A stretch of DNA of 53,403 nt. It comes from Chara braunii. Lineage: Eukaryota; Plantae; Charophyceae. How positions within the stretch are numbered: position 1 is the stretch's first letter; each line of letters opens with the position of its first letter. The position numbers were made by a program, and so were the translations under genes. Location of the stretch: NCBI GenBank assembly GCA_003427395.1, contig BFEA01000018.1, positions 3,006,622 to 3,060,024 of the forward strand, in the 5' to 3' direction. The notes beneath the pieces were generated by a model. It worked only from the letters and a program-made list of their open reading frames with translations. It searched no databases and had not been told where the DNA came from. Below are positions 1 to 13,638 of the stretch, one piece after another.

Positions 1-79
<79 letters not shown>

Positions 80-90
80 GCGTGTGCGTG
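1..90. repeat. (TC)n-(TG)n compound microsatellite
   Basis: Directly visible dinucleotide runs. Confidence 0.97.
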
Positions 91-103
91 CTCCTCTCCC
101 CCA

Positions 104-416
104 GTCCAGACACAGACTTGATGGCATTCCTATCGCCACCAGTTCCAATTCATTACTCCCACCCTCTCAACGACACTTGTCCGTCAACAGCAAAGAAAGA
201 AAATCTTACGGCCTACAAGGGCGAAAAAACAAAGCAAAACAAAAGAAAGAAAAAAAGGTCACTCGTTGATCAACTACAGCAAGGGGACGATAGCGATGGC
301 AACCGAAACAGATCCACCTGATCGAGACCCGTCCAGACACAGACGTTATGACATTCCGATCGCCGCCGGTTCCAATTCATTTGTCCCACCCTCCCAACGA
401 CACGTGTCCGTCAGCA
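104..416 (+). repeat. Imperfect ~85-bp direct repeat, 2 copies (104-190 and 331-416)
   Basis: Both copies read GTCCAGACACAGAC..ATG.CATTCC.ATCGCC.CC.GTTCCAATTCATT...CCCACCCTC.CAACGACAC.TGTCCGTCA. Confidence 0.85.
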
Positions 417-429
417 CCCGCAGATTGTA

Positions 430-924
430 AGCACCGACCACAAAAGAAACGCACAAATCCCCAATGAGCACGAATCCACGACAAACACGCATCCACGATG
501 AGCACCGAGCACGAAAAGCACGGATCTACGATGACCACGAAAAGCACGGATCGAAGATGAACACGTGATCATGCACCATGCACCAAAGAAAAGCACGAAT
601 CCACGATGAGCACGAACAGCACAGATCGACGATAAGCACGTGAAGCACGGATCCACGCTGAGCATGAAAAGCACATATCACAAGCACGGATCGACAATGA
701 CCACGTGATCATGCACCGAAGAAAAGCGCGGATCCACGATGAGCACGAAAAGCACGTATCCACGATGAACACCGAGCACCAAAAGCGCGGATCGACGACG
801 AGTGCGTGATCATGCACCAAAAAAAAAGCACAGATCCACGATCGGCACATGATCATGCACCAAAGCACGGATCCACGATCGGCACATGATCATGCACCAA
901 AGCACAGATCCACGATAAGCACGT
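430..924 (+). repeat. Degenerate minisatellite/satellite (core AAAAGCACGGATCCACGATGAGCAC), left part
   Basis: Many imperfect copies of the core; the array resumes at 15197-15270 after the LTR element. Confidence 0.9.
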
Positions 925-3900
925 TGTCAGGCGGCCACAAGCAATGAGCCGCCTGAAATCTGCGGCTTTGGGACTTAGGCTCAAAAACAAGTCCGTGTTT
1001 TGACGGTACTCTGGTTTGACCAGGCAGCAAAAATTAGGGGAACTTAGGGCACCCCTGATTTTGGGGGCACTGAACCTTACAAGTAACCCTCAAAGATGGC
1101 GAAATGGGTAGCCGCTCCCGGCACATCTAGGGACCGTCATTTCCGCCCGTTCCGAGACTAGACCTGGGATGGCCGGCCGCGGGGAGGCATCGCGTGGGTT
1201 GACCCCGGCGCAATGCTTTTGCAGCATATGATCGGGGCCGAAATAGCGCCTTAAATTTTTGTCAATTTTGATACCTAAATTGAAAATGGGAGAAAAGATT
1301 AAGAACAGTAGGAGGGGAGAAAAATGTAGTATTCCTTAATTTCCTTATTTTCTGTGGCATTTAAATTTTGGAGAAAATACCTCGTTATTTTATGTTTCCG
1401 GCAATGAAATAAAAAACAAAGAAAAATATTAAAAATGATAAAAGAGAAAAGAAACAAAAGAATTCTAACAATTTAATTAAGACTCCCTCGGAATTCATTT
1501 TTGGTGAACTTACGGTTAAAAAGGGGGTAGAATGATTAGAAATGATGAAACGAACAAGAACTAATGATTATTCGATGCCTGGCCTGATTTTGCTTGGATT
1601 AGCCACCGTCAATTCAGAACCCAGATTTGATCAAATTCTCTGAACTCTAACATTTTTTTTACAGTCCCCTGATGATCGGGATTATCTGTGTCGCTTTCAT
1701 GATTTATCTGATTACTAACCTCACTGAGTCAGTCCGAGGGTGGTCGCATGGAGGGCGTGGGTGCTGCTACCTTGGGCTGACAGTATGGTATTTGGCTTGG
1801 TACGGATACGTGGCTCGGAGAGATTCGGTATTGTTACGGACTGGGTACATCCTACGGTATCCGGCGTGTATCTGGTTCGGTATGGGCTCGGCATCAGTTT
1901 GTTTCAGGCTTAGGGCCACTACGGTGACTTATTTTCAGGTTTGCGGCCACTGCAGTGATTTATTTTCAGGTTCGGAACCTTGACGATAGGTTACTTCAGG
2001 CTCGGAACCACTAGGACAGTCTGTTTTAGGTTCAGGACATCACGGCGACTTATTTTCAGGTCTGGGACCACTACCGCAGCTCATTTCAGGTTTGGAGTCA
2101 CCGCCGTGATCTATTTCAAGGTTCGGGGCCTTGGCGGCCGCTTGTTTTCAGGTCCGGACCATTCCGGTATTTGTATCAGGTTCGGAACCATCACCGTGGG
2201 TTGTTTTCAGATCCGGAATCATCACGGATATTTATTTCAGGCTCGGTGTGAGCCCGACATTGGTGCGTTTCAGGTCTATTACTGGTTCGGCATCAGCGTG
2301 GAACACGCCACAGCTTTATTCTTCGGTCCACTATAGGTTCGCCATTGTCGTTACGGTTGTCCTAGGCGGTTTGGTGTTGGTGCAACTCCGAGAGATTACT
2401 TCAGGTCCGACGTTGGTTCGGTGCGGGCAGCTGTGGTACGGTACTGCCCTCGAGTTGCGCCATTGTACGGTATTCGACATATTTCACCTGGTAGGAGCTA
2501 CTCGGGTTAGGCCCAGGCACGATGCTCTGGTTCGGATGGACGTTCGGTCCTATCATGCTACATTGCAAGGCATACGACATATCTGAGGATCGGGTAAGAT
2601 TCGGCACAGGTACGGTGACAATTTGGTATTCCACAATATTGACATACAGGTTCGAGCATGTACGACATGGCAGCCTAATACGGTAACCTTCTTTGTTTCG
2701 GTACGCTCGCTGAATCGGCCACAGGGGATGGATTATCCGCCACAGCGAGTGGGGGCCGTTGTTACCTGAGATTCTGAAATTTGGTCGAGGCTCTATCCAC
2801 TGAGGTGGATTCGTTGGTACCCCGGCCTGGTGCGGGTACTCCCGGGGGTCCTTTAAATGAGCTGGTACCGTCACTATAGCGGGGTTGTAAGCCCTGGTTC
2901 CCGTGGAGGCTGCGGTCGACGTATAGCCAAGCCTGTTAACGGACGGGGTCCGGTCCCCTCGGTCTGCCGTGGCGCGTGAGAAGAGAAACGGTCTGCATAT
3001 AGCCAGACCAGTGGACAGAAACACGGGGGGATGTGCAAGGTGTATGCCGTCTGTAGAGGCGGTTACAAAGGCGACCAGGGGAATTTTGGGAATGCATGCA
3101 AGGTGTGCACAGCGCCCTGACAGTTGACCTAGAAGGTGTGACGCAGAGCGAGAAGAAGGGAGCTCAGGCAGTTAAACCAGCCTTATGCCACCATCACCAG
3201 TACGATTGCTGGGATTGGGTGGAATCGGCAGAGACATGAGAGCGTTCGGAGTGCTCTAGGCGTGCCCACCGTACCTTCAGTAGAAGGGCCAAAAGGGGAC
3301 TCGAGCGTGCGAGACCCCGTGAGCGTGCCCGTGTAAGGGCTAGCGCTCAGTGACTGCATGCGCTCGTGAGGGAGGCGAACGGAAGAGATGGCTTTGGAGT
3401 TCGTTTGTTGAGCGCCGCGGCCGTCAGTATGGAAGGATGGTGTGAGCCGAGGCGACCACGCAAGAGAGGGTGCAGGAGTACTCACGAGGTACGACCAAAG
3501 AGCGGAGGGGGACGACAAGAGACGACCTGCGGATAAAAGCCACAGAGGAGAAGCAACCGCCAGGCGCCTCACGAGTCGAACCTCGCCCCACTCACAGTAA
3601 GTGGCCGACCCCAGAATTGGGCGAGTGCGTTCAGGGGGAAGAGTTCTGGGTGGTGGAGAAGTGAAGGGGGAGGTCGATTGGGGTGGGGATGAGGTTGAGG
3701 ATTCGTGGGGAGAGAGTGAAAGAAAGGGCGGGAGTTTGCACTATTTATGTGTACGATCTCACGTCCATCCTCCCTCGCCATTGTTCATCACCGCAGATGA
3801 ACTCAGCGACCCAGCCTAAACCCATGCTTGTAATTGGCTAATATCAGTGACCGGTTCTGCAAGCTCTGGGCGCTCTGGCAATTGTATAATTGGAAACGAG

Positions 3901-5544
3901 CTCTGTTGATTCCCGCTTGTGATTGGAAACGGGGCCACTGTGTCGAGCACGCGTCTTGAGCATATGACCTGAGCGAGGAACAGACTTGAGCTCCGAAAAG
4001 ACTTTGTACACGGCTGGCGTCTGGTCGGTTTTTAAGTACTAAGACTGAACTAACACCAAGGGGCAGGGAGACTGAAGAGAGGAGAAAAGACGAGGTGCTC
4101 GAGGGAGGATAAAACTACGGGCGAGAACAGGACAAGCAACACACGCACAGTGAGAGGGAGAGAGAGAAGGTGGAGCAGGGAGAAGCAGAGCAAAAGTAGA
4201 AGAGGAAGGGAACAGTGGGGTTATAGCAATGAGAGGTAGTTCAGACATGGACAGACACTATTCACGTGGGTGGTAAGCAGTGTTTGTGAATAACGTCTTC
4301 CCTGTTGCTTGTGATCTTGTGAATTTGGGTAGGCCGTGTTCAGGTTGACGAAAGTTCATGTGATTGCTTTGATGACACGGTCTCGCGCTATCAATCCCGA
4401 ACTCCGAGGAAACAACTGCTGACGGTTCTACTTTGCCACCATTCTTTAATACATTTACCGCGCACCCCTTTTCTAACGCGTTTTGTTCTTTTAATTAATT
4501 CTCTCATATTTGCTCTACACTTTGAAGCATGCTTAGCAGTGGGACTTATCACAAAGCGTCATGAGCGAATGAAAGTGCCACCTTGTCCGGTCAACGAGCT
4601 TGCATAACTTGGCCCATAGCCCCTCTCTGAATCAGTTAATTTTCGAAAGACACAGAGTCAGAAGTTACCAATGTGACCCGAGTCGTTGCTCATCGTGCAA
4701 GGTCTCCGCGACCGTTAACATTTGTGGAGCGGAAAATACAAAGGGCTTTATCAGCATCAACTGTTGGTTGGGATGTGAAAAACTGAGTCTGCGCGTTGCT
4801 GCTCGCAGTTGTGTGTGAGTGCCAACGTGGGGAGCCCCGCGCATTCAGGGAGTCAAGGAGAGAGAGAAACAGGGAAAGCAAAGAGAAAGGGCAACGAAGG
4901 GAGAAAGGGGGAACGCAGGGAGAGAGAGGAGTAGAGAGAACAACGGTGCCGAGCAGGGGGAGAGTCTGAACCGCTAAAGCGGGAGTGACAAAAGGAGAGA
5001 GGGTAAAAGGGAAAGAAGAGTGCGGGGGAAATATCCAAAGTTGACTATGTCAGTGCCGTGTGCGTCGCTGTTTGCCGGTTTGGTTTTGAACCCCGCGGTG
5101 TGAACTTGCAGACTTGCGAGCTGATTGCGAATACCCGCCCTAGTGCGAGCTTGTCAACTGTTGGTTAACGTTTCGAATCTGCTGTCGTGTGAGCTTGCCT
5201 GTGGTTTTTATTAACTTCTGAAATTTGTAGCAGCGTGAGTTTTCCAATCGCTAGGCTAATGTATGAAATTTGTCCCAGTATGAGCTAGTCATCAAACGGT
5301 CCGACTCTTGAAAGTGGCTGTTGTACAAGTTAGCTAATCAATTGAATAATTTCTGAAAATTGCTGCTGCGCGAACTCACGGGGAAACCAGAAACAAGGAG
5401 AGTAGAAACAGGGAACATAAGCACACGCTCAAACCACAAGCCCTGTTGGTCGCCGAGGACCTCGGAAGCGGGCGCGGCGGGTGACAGACGTCGTTGCCCT
5501 TGGCTTCGGCGAACAGTAGGCGCCCCTCCCCGGGTTTCCTCACA
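925..5544 (+). repeat. 5' LTR (~4.6 kb)
   Basis: Begins TGTCAGGCGGCC and ends CCCCTCCCCGGGTTTCCTCACA, 4 nt before the PBS. Both ends are homologous to the ends of 11223-15192. Confidence 0.78.
1880..2290 (+). repeat. ~30-bp degenerate tandem array inside the 5' LTR
   Basis: TTTTCAGGTTCGG(G/A)ACCA-like motif recurs about every 30 bp. Confidence 0.85.
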
Positions 5545-5548
5545 ACTG

Positions 5549-5566
5549 TGGCGCCGTTGCCGGGGA
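5549..5566 (+). promoter_or_regulatory. Primer-binding site complementary to the tRNA-Asp 3' end (Athila-type)
   Basis: TGGCGCCGTTGCCGGGGA is the reverse complement of the plant tRNA-Asp 3' terminus (UCCCCGGCAACGGCGCCA) and lies 4 nt after the LTR end. Confidence 0.92.
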
Positions 5567-6747
5567 GGGGAACTGCACCCCCAAGGCCACGGCCTTCCCC
5601 AATCAACGGGGGTGCTCTGGCTAATTAGCCAGGAGCTAATTAGTTTCAATTAAGTTGATTAGCTGATATTTTTTTAATTTTTATTAATTTCAAATTTCTT
5701 TTTTTTCAAATATCTTCAAATCCGCGCGTTTTCGCGCGAACATCACAGGGAGTAAAGTTCGTCCTCTCGACGAGGCAAACATTTTGGCGCAAATTTTGAA
5801 AATTTTTAACGGTGGAATAAAACGATATTGATTTTTATGTATTTTTCTGTTTTTAATTCCGAAATAACTAATTTTGGTTTTTATTAATTTTCGGCGAATA
5901 GAAGCAAAATCTGGCGGACACCTCCCAGACCAAGGTTGGTCCTTGTAATTTTCCCGACATTTTGAGACCCTAGTCGGGAAAAACGGTCGCCGTATAGACG
6001 GGCGGTGACCCCCAACAGATAGAAAAAGGGGGTGAAATTAAGGGGAATCTCTGAATTTCTTTGTATTTTTATAAAAATTAAAGGGAAAAGAAGTCGGCAA
6101 AAGTAATCCGTTGGAAACCAACTTTCGACCTACTACAACCCGAGGGAAACTTTTCTCACTTCAAAAAGGGCGTTGCAGTGTGCGTGCGGTTGCGCTCAAA
6201 TATCGAAACCCTAACTAGGGGAAACCCAAATTAGGGTAAACCCTAATTAGGGTAGAACCTAACCCTAGATTGGGAAACAACGGTACAATAGAGCGTATTT
6301 ATAATTTCTATCTGCCGTGTGATCGCGGGAGTATTTTGTATAAATCTGTTCAATCGGATCGGAATTAATTAATTTTTTGGAATTTTGTATTATGTCGCGC
6401 TCATAACCAGGAGCCGCCTGCATACATGTGAGGGACGCCGGGCCCGTTTCCCGGTTTGTTAAAAGAGCATATGTTTAAAAAAAAAATAAAAAAAAATCAT
6501 AAAAATTCGAAATATTTAGAAATTTGACCTTGTTTATTTTTCTTCTCTTTAACTAAGAAATAATCTCTCCAGTTCGACTTTGCGAAGGAGAGGGGTTTCT
6601 GCTATAGCTTTTGGTGAATTATTTTAAGTAAAATTTTATAAATTAAATTCAATAATAATAATAATAAAATTAAATAAATATTAAAAATCCCCTAGGAGGG
6701 GAGTTTTTACTTTTATTTTGTCTTTAGTTGATCGGGAGACTTTTCGC

Positions 6748-7200
6748 TAAACCCCATCCCAACAGGGGGGAGGGGAAACGTTGCTGAAATTTTTTGATAT
6801 TTTAAAATTTTAATTATTTTTTTGCGAATAAATTAACAAAAATATTTAAAAGTACTCTAAAAAATTAGTAAAAATCAAATTTTTTTTTTGCATCATTCTT
6901 TATATTTTTTCCCTACGGACAGCATCGTTTGAGACTGTTCACCGAGCCCCGTCCCAACGGGGGGGAGTCGAAGTGCTTGGCGAAAGTTTGCGAAATTTCC
7001 TAATTTAATTCAATTTTGGATAAATATATTGAAAATAATTAAGAAAATTAATAAACAAAATACGCCAATAATTCTTTTCTTTCAGCGGCTTTGCTCATAT
7101 TTCGTTTGGCATTAGTACTGGGTAGGTAGCATTTGTCTACGAACAATAGTCCCGAACCCTATCCCAACGGGGGGAGGCGAAATGCTGCCTAAATTTTTGT
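6748..7200 (+). repeat. Three copies of a CCC.TCCCAAC.GGGGGGAG motif at ~200-bp spacing in the AT-rich leader
   Basis: Copies at ~6750, ~6945 and ~7155. Confidence 0.75.
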
Positions 7201-8716
7201 AAATTCATAACAAATATTACAGTCGCCTAAAAATCTTGAAACTCGTTGAATTATAGTAGAATCGCACCCCAAACGGATGTAAAATAAGAAAAAGATTTTT
7301 TTCAGTTTTCTTACAATTTCCCTAATCTATATTGTGTAAAATAAAAAAAAAAACAAAAAAAGGGGTTCCAGGGGGTCGCAGTTAGTAAAAAATTGCTATC
7401 GACACCGAAATAACGTTTCTAATTACTTATTGAAGAAAAAGGAATTTTTGGTAATTTTATCGATTTTTTGCTAATTAATTGATTAAAATTAAAGGGAATT
7501 CCTAGATAAGTACAGGAAAAGGCATGGCTCGCCCCAAATTTTCTTCCTCGCTTACCACCTAAGGCCCAAGGGCTGGAGCAGAAGATAGACCTGGTATTTA
7601 GCTTTTTGGATATTTTATTAATAAAAATTTGACAAATTCATTAAAAACCTAAAAATGGCTTACAAATTGGCGTAGGCTTCATCTACATAGTGTTAATTAG
7701 CCTTTCTTTTAGGTTGTGACTCCTGTTGGTTGGGAGCTTGGATACATGTGCGCCGAGCACTTCCACGACGAGGCGATAGCCCAGGCAAGGACTTGGGTAG
7801 GAGAGGGAGTATAGAGCCTTGGTGTCATGACTAAATATAACGCGTTGTTGTACAGAGACGGAGGAGGTCGAACTCCGTATTCCTTGAGATGGGCTCGATG
7901 AGACGTAGAGTCCTGGCGTAACATAGGAGACAAAAATCCCCGCACCAACTCACGAGAGGCAGCTCCGGCTCGTAGAGTCCACTTACTCTACTCTCACCGA
8001 CTACCGTATGAGCGCACTGTATCGAGGTGTTTGCATAGAGACGACGCAACCCTTCAGATTTTCTTAAAAGTCAAAGTGGAAGCAGAATTATCGGTAAGTG
8101 AATGTGAAGAACTCGCGAGAAATGTGATAAGAGAGCAAAGGTTAGGAGCACTCAGAGAAGTGACTGAGCAGAGTTGGATGATCTACGAGGTAGTCGTACA
8201 TGTGAGGGGAATTTTGCGAGCGGAGATCGTGCAAGACGAAACCCCAACCGAAGCACGAGTTAGGATGTGAGGGCAAGATAATTAAAAAAAAAGATGGACT
8301 AAGTACAAAAAAAGAGACTGGGAACGCTAGGGAAAACCGTTGAGGTAACTGAGGACATCGTGAGGTTGAGGCCTAGACGAGAACAGAGTGTTGTGGGCTA
8401 TAGTTGAAGCCATCGAGAATCAGCCTGGAGCCCAGAGATTAAGACTGCCTAGCAAAGCAATAGTTTCGGGCTGCGATATTTGTCATAGGTCCGGGCTGCG
8501 AGTTAGAGCATAGATCTGATCAAAGGCACGACGAACTCTTGTTGTTGGCTTTTATCTAGGGGACAGGGTCCATTGCTCGAACTCACACCCGAGGGTGCGG
8601 TAGACAGAATTGACTATTCTGGACCTTTCTTCACCTGCACGCCAGTCAGCGGTTAGGGGTGTTCCCCCATCCCGCCCGCCCTAAACAAGTATAAGTGCTT
8701 TAGTCCGACAAATCGA

Positions 8717-8806
8717 TAGGTCCGGGCTGTCGGATCAGACATTAGGTCTGGGCTGACGGATTAGACATTAGGTCCGGGCTGCCGGATCGGACATTAGGTC
8801 CGGGCT
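8717..8806 (+). repeat. 26-bp tandem repeat (TAGGTCCGGGCTG.CGGATC.GACAT), 3.5 copies, just upstream of gag
   Basis: Directly visible; single copies of the core also at ~8486 and ~11207. Confidence 0.88.
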
Positions 8807-8818
8807 ACCATGTGAACT

Positions 8819-10108
8819 TTGAGTCGAGAACGGGACGAAGAGTTAGGGATAGGAACTGAGTGTATGGAGTCCGACACCATGAGAGTTCAGGTAGATACGG
8901 GAGAATATCACCCGTCGCCAGACCGAACTCTTCGCGAGCTCAAGGAGGGCATCCGACAGGACGCGCCTCTTAGATGTCGGCCACCTGACGACGGGGAGCC
9001 CGAAGTGATGAGCGGGGTCGTCGTTACCGAGCTTGAGAGACCGCCATCGAAGAAACGGATGGAGAACATAACGGAGTCTCCCAGTTTTCGGGGAAAAATG
9101 GACGATCGGCGCTCGCCTACCTACGAGCGGAGAGACGCTAGAGAAGGCCGACGCAGAGATGATTGGAGAGACCAGTTCATTAGAGAGCAACTTTGGAGAG
9201 ATAGAGAGAGAGCTGCTATGGCCAGGCGGATTTTTGACCCTCAAACGGGGGAATCGCACCCCCTGCCATACGAGACGAGAGATAGGCTCATTATTTCGCA
9301 TCAACCTTCAGAATTTGATACTAGACCTCCCGTTTTCAAAGGATGCGGTATCACCGAATACCTCGAGAAGTGGGAGTTACACGCGTACCGCAGCCAGTGG
9401 TGCGAGGATGAGATTATAGACAATTTTTTGTTTAACTCGGACCCGAGTCTAAACCAGGTGATCAAAGAAGCTCGACCAAAGAACAGAAAGTGGATTACCT
9501 ATAAGACTAGTCTTTACGAACTCTTCAAGTTGGAGGACATCATATACTCGATCAAGGATTTGGAGTCGATGACGCAGGGTGAGGACGAGAGCGTTCATGC
9601 GTTCGGAAAATGCTTCCAAAAGATATTGGATGCCCTGATCACAAAGGGAAAGCTGTCGGAAGTCGATCGATGCACGATTTTCATCTGTTGACTACCCAAA
9701 GAGAAACAAAAGGGGATACTTAGGGAACTCCCTCATGATAAGCTAGATTTTTCGATGGTTCTCGAGTTGGCTATGAAAGCTGGAGCAGAAGACTATAAGG
9801 ATCTAATTTGGAGAGGGATGCGATGACGGGACTTCTCTCTCTACCGAGACTACGATACAGAGAGGTATCCTGACTTCAATGATCAGCCTTGGGCGGATCG
9901 ACGATATTTGCTGGATGGAGTCCATCTGCACCGACCTACAGAGGTTGTAGTAGATGAGATAAGGGAGATGAGGGAAACAATCAAGGTTTTGACGCGACAG
10001 GTCTCCAGGATAGAGGCGAAGGTGGAGACTTTTGGATATCAGGCGAGGAACGGTTCGTCGAACTCGCTAAGGTGCGTCGAGTTAGGACTGGTTCATCGTA
10101 CTCGCTAA
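8819..10108 (+). pseudogene. Retrotransposon gag-like pseudogene
   Basis: PPVFKGCGITEYLEKWE...W...K..L.ELF and L..M.QGEDESV..F...F resemble the Gypsy capsid/major homology region. The frame continues through TGA stops at 9689 and 9824 into ORF 9908-10108; an R/D-rich tail follows in another frame. Confidence 0.78.
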
Positions 10109-12989
10109 GGTGGGATAATCGAGACCCGGGACCGTGGAGAGACGCAAACGATAGAAACCCTCGGACATTAGCCGATTATCGAGCGAGGGAACAACGATAT
10201 CGTATACGTCGCGACGATTCCCCTTGTTACCAGGACGAGGATTGAGATCGAGAGGTGGCCTATCATAGAGACTATACGAGGAATAGGGACGACGAGTATC
10301 GACGACACAGTCGGGTAGAGACCTACCCTCACAGCCCGAGATATGATCCAGGTCGCGAAGACCTCCGGGATGCAAAAGGATATCCTAAGAGTTTAGATAG
10401 GTATGACCATGTGGCGAAGAGAGACCAACGCGACAATTCCCGCGAGTGGGACGAGAGGAGAGATGTTGATTGGGACTTTCGGAGAAGGACTTGGGGGTCA
10501 GACGAACGCCGTTGGACGAGGACGAGGTAAAGGCGACGGTAAAGAGTCGGAGTGTCAGGTTTTTCCTACCGTCAGGAAGTAAGACGCCTATAGTGCCCAA
10601 CCTCGTCACCTCTACAAAATCGTCGCGGGCTCATTCCTCAAAGAAGAAGGTCGATCCAGTGGATCGAGGGGGGAAGGAAGAAAAACGAAGAGTATTACGA
10701 CCACGGAAACGAGGTCCTGAGGGATTTGCTGATACAGTAACAACGCCCTTGAGGCTAGTGCTCAGACAGTATATGCGACGTTTCATACGAGAAGCGCCCA
10801 AGCGGACGCAAGATGAACCTACGGTACTCATCGATCCTGAACGAGGAAAACCGATACCTTTGACCGATAAGATCTTCGTTGATTCTAGGCCGTTAGCGAA
10901 CTAGCCCCTTACCGACGTCGTTTCAGTCGCATATCAGTCACGGCCTCGAGCGCTAGAACGGCCTGCGCCATGCCCATTTTCTTTGATGCCTGAGAGAACG
11001 TGCCTCATGAAGTATTTTACGTTCCTGGGAATGGTATCATGGGGACACTGCTTAACGACCAGGTGGTTCCTCGCAGAGTAGTGGATAACGTCAGGGACTG
11101 TTGAACCTTGTAAGCACCGACATGAGAGCCGCGCGGGTGTGGTCATTATAAATCTCATACGACTTGTCTGTCTGAAATGATGCGGGCTCGACGGGGGCGT
11201 CGAGAAGAGGTCCGGGCTTGTTTGCCGGGCGGCCGAACCCCAATCGGCCGCCCGAAATTCGGCTAAATGATTAAAGGGGAATTGGCGAGGTCTTTCGTCT
11301 GGCTCATCGGGAAAATTTAGGGGTCGGAAAGGGACTCCTAATTTCGCCACCACGAGTGTTGAGACTGACCCTTGAAAACGATGAAACGGATGACCGCGCC
11401 TACCGCGCCTCGGACCTGCCGTTTTCGTTTGTTCCGAGACAATTCCCGAAGCGGCCAACCGCGGAACGACAGTATGGGACTAAGGCTCGGTGCGCCGCTT
11501 TTACACTCGGCATTTAACGAGGAATTGAGCCCTCTATTTTCATTAATTTTAATAGCAAAAGTAAAACTGAGGAAAATAATTAAAAATAATAAAAAGGAGG
11601 AAAATGACGAATTAATTGATATTTGATTAAGTTTTATCGGAATTCATCCTTGACAAAACTATTCTCTATTTTCTTTAATTCTAATAGTAGAATTAATAAG
11701 TCCGCGAAAGAAATGAAAATAATAAAAGAAGAGGAAAGAAATGATTAATTGTTATTTGATTCATTTTTATTAGAATTTATTTTTGATGAAAATATACCCC
11801 GTGATCGATGATCCGTGCGAGTTTCCGGTAATGATGAACTCATGCGTGAGTTTGCCTGATTGATCTGATTACTGCCCTTTGCATTAACCCGGGTGTATTG
11901 AGTGTGCGGGACCGATTTCGGGGCACGGCGACACGGCTGATTTGGCACACCTACCGATGCTACTAAGAGACGGGTCACGCGACCCTATTACGGTGGTGCA
12001 GACACTGGTTCCGACTGAGCACGAGACGCTAGTCCGGGACTAGTACGGTGCGGTCACCCGTTTGGTATCGGGATAGTTCATTTGCGGCACGGTACGGTAT
12101 TCTGCATTGGTCTAGTATGGCTGTTGGATCGGAACAGACTGGTATACTGGTTCGGGACAGGAACAGGACCAGCATTTGCGGTATCACACGGTATTCGGGG
12201 GAACGGTACAGGCCGCTGCAGTTCGGTGTTACTGCTGGTACAGGCACATACACGACACCATCTATCCGGTCACGATAAATAGTACCTCACCTAGCCACTA
12301 GCACTAAATTAAAGTTACGACCTCTAGGTCTGTGGTATGAGTTCCCGGTACTGGAACTGGTTCACAGAAACTGCTCGCCCTGCTGCTGGTACTGCTGGGT
12401 TTCCTTGGGTTGCGTCGGTACCACATTGCTGACTCGTGAGCCTGGGGCCGGAGCCTCTAGGATATAGGGTGGAGCAGCGGAGTACTAAGGGACATTCGGC
12501 AGCCGGGCGACTGGAGGGACCGCAGCGCGAGAATAGTGAACGGTGGCGAGCACAACAAAAGTACCTGTTCGACGGTAGCTATGGGGCTGCTGGTGTGGGG
12601 GGGACATTATTCGACAGCGGGGCGACCAGGGCGAATCGGGCTCGCTAGAGTGAGCGACCAGGGCGAACCGGGCTCGCTAGAGTGGGCGACCAGGGTGAAC
12701 GCCGCTCACTGGTGCTGCCATGGCTGTGGCAGCCATGGGTGTGCAACCATGGAGGAGAGACCAGAGAGGGAGAGAGCGCACAGCGAGATAATGAGAGAGC
12801 GGACTGAGTGAGAAAGAGAGAGAGAAAGACTGTATAGACAGAGAAAGAGAGAGAAGCCCCGCGACTGCAAGTGAGCGAGGCTACGATAGTAAGAGAGACG
12901 AGAAAAAAAAGGAAGAGAGATGGTGGAAATCCTCATGCGTCATGCCATGTGAGGAGAGAGAGCGCTGAGGAAGGCGGCGCCTGGTGATC

Positions 12990-13330
12990 AGGCGATCCTA
13001 CAGCAGGCGGTATCAGGCTCTTTTGCTGATCAGCCAATCAAGACTTCTGCTAATCGGGCGAACAGGCATGCATTTTTGCTGATCAGCCAATCAAGACTTC
13101 TGCTGACCGAGCGAATAGGCATTTCCGCGGCCGGCGGGACCAGGGCCCAGGCAATCGGACATTCCTGCTATTGGCGGAACCGGATTCCTCTGCTAATTAG
13201 CTAATCAATGATCCCGTTGTTCAGGTAATCAAGCACCCCCTGCTCTTGACAGGTTCCATCGTCTTTGCTAAACGGGCAATCCAGGAATCCCGCTGCTGGC
13301 GAGTACAGCCTCTTTCATTTCCGCTGCCGA
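12990..13330 (+). repeat. Degenerate ~29-bp tandem array (GCTGATCAGCCAATCAAGACTTCT-like)
   Basis: Two near-exact units at ~13021 and ~13073, plus decayed units. Confidence 0.7.
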
Positions 13331-13597
13331 CGTGACTTCTTACCTCCACTGCTGTTTGATCTCGTCACTTTTTGCTGATGGGAATCGGTCATCCCCACTG
13401 AAGGCAGGGACACCCGTTTTCTCAGCATTGGTCACACAGGGAGAGAGGTGAGAGATAAGAACTTGATCGAGATCGCAAGGCATGTTCATTCTACTCATGG
13501 GCCTGCATACAAACCCGCGCAGGCAGAAAGAGCGGTTTAGCGTGTACGGATGTTTTCGTTATTATTAAGTTTTGTTTATTTATCATTATTATTTTTC

Positions 13598-13638
<41 letters not shown>

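Noticed and set aside
1672-3819. Cluster of 100-200-aa ORFs inside the 5' LTR
   Set aside because: Derived from tandem arrays and GC-rich LTR sequence; no domain motifs.
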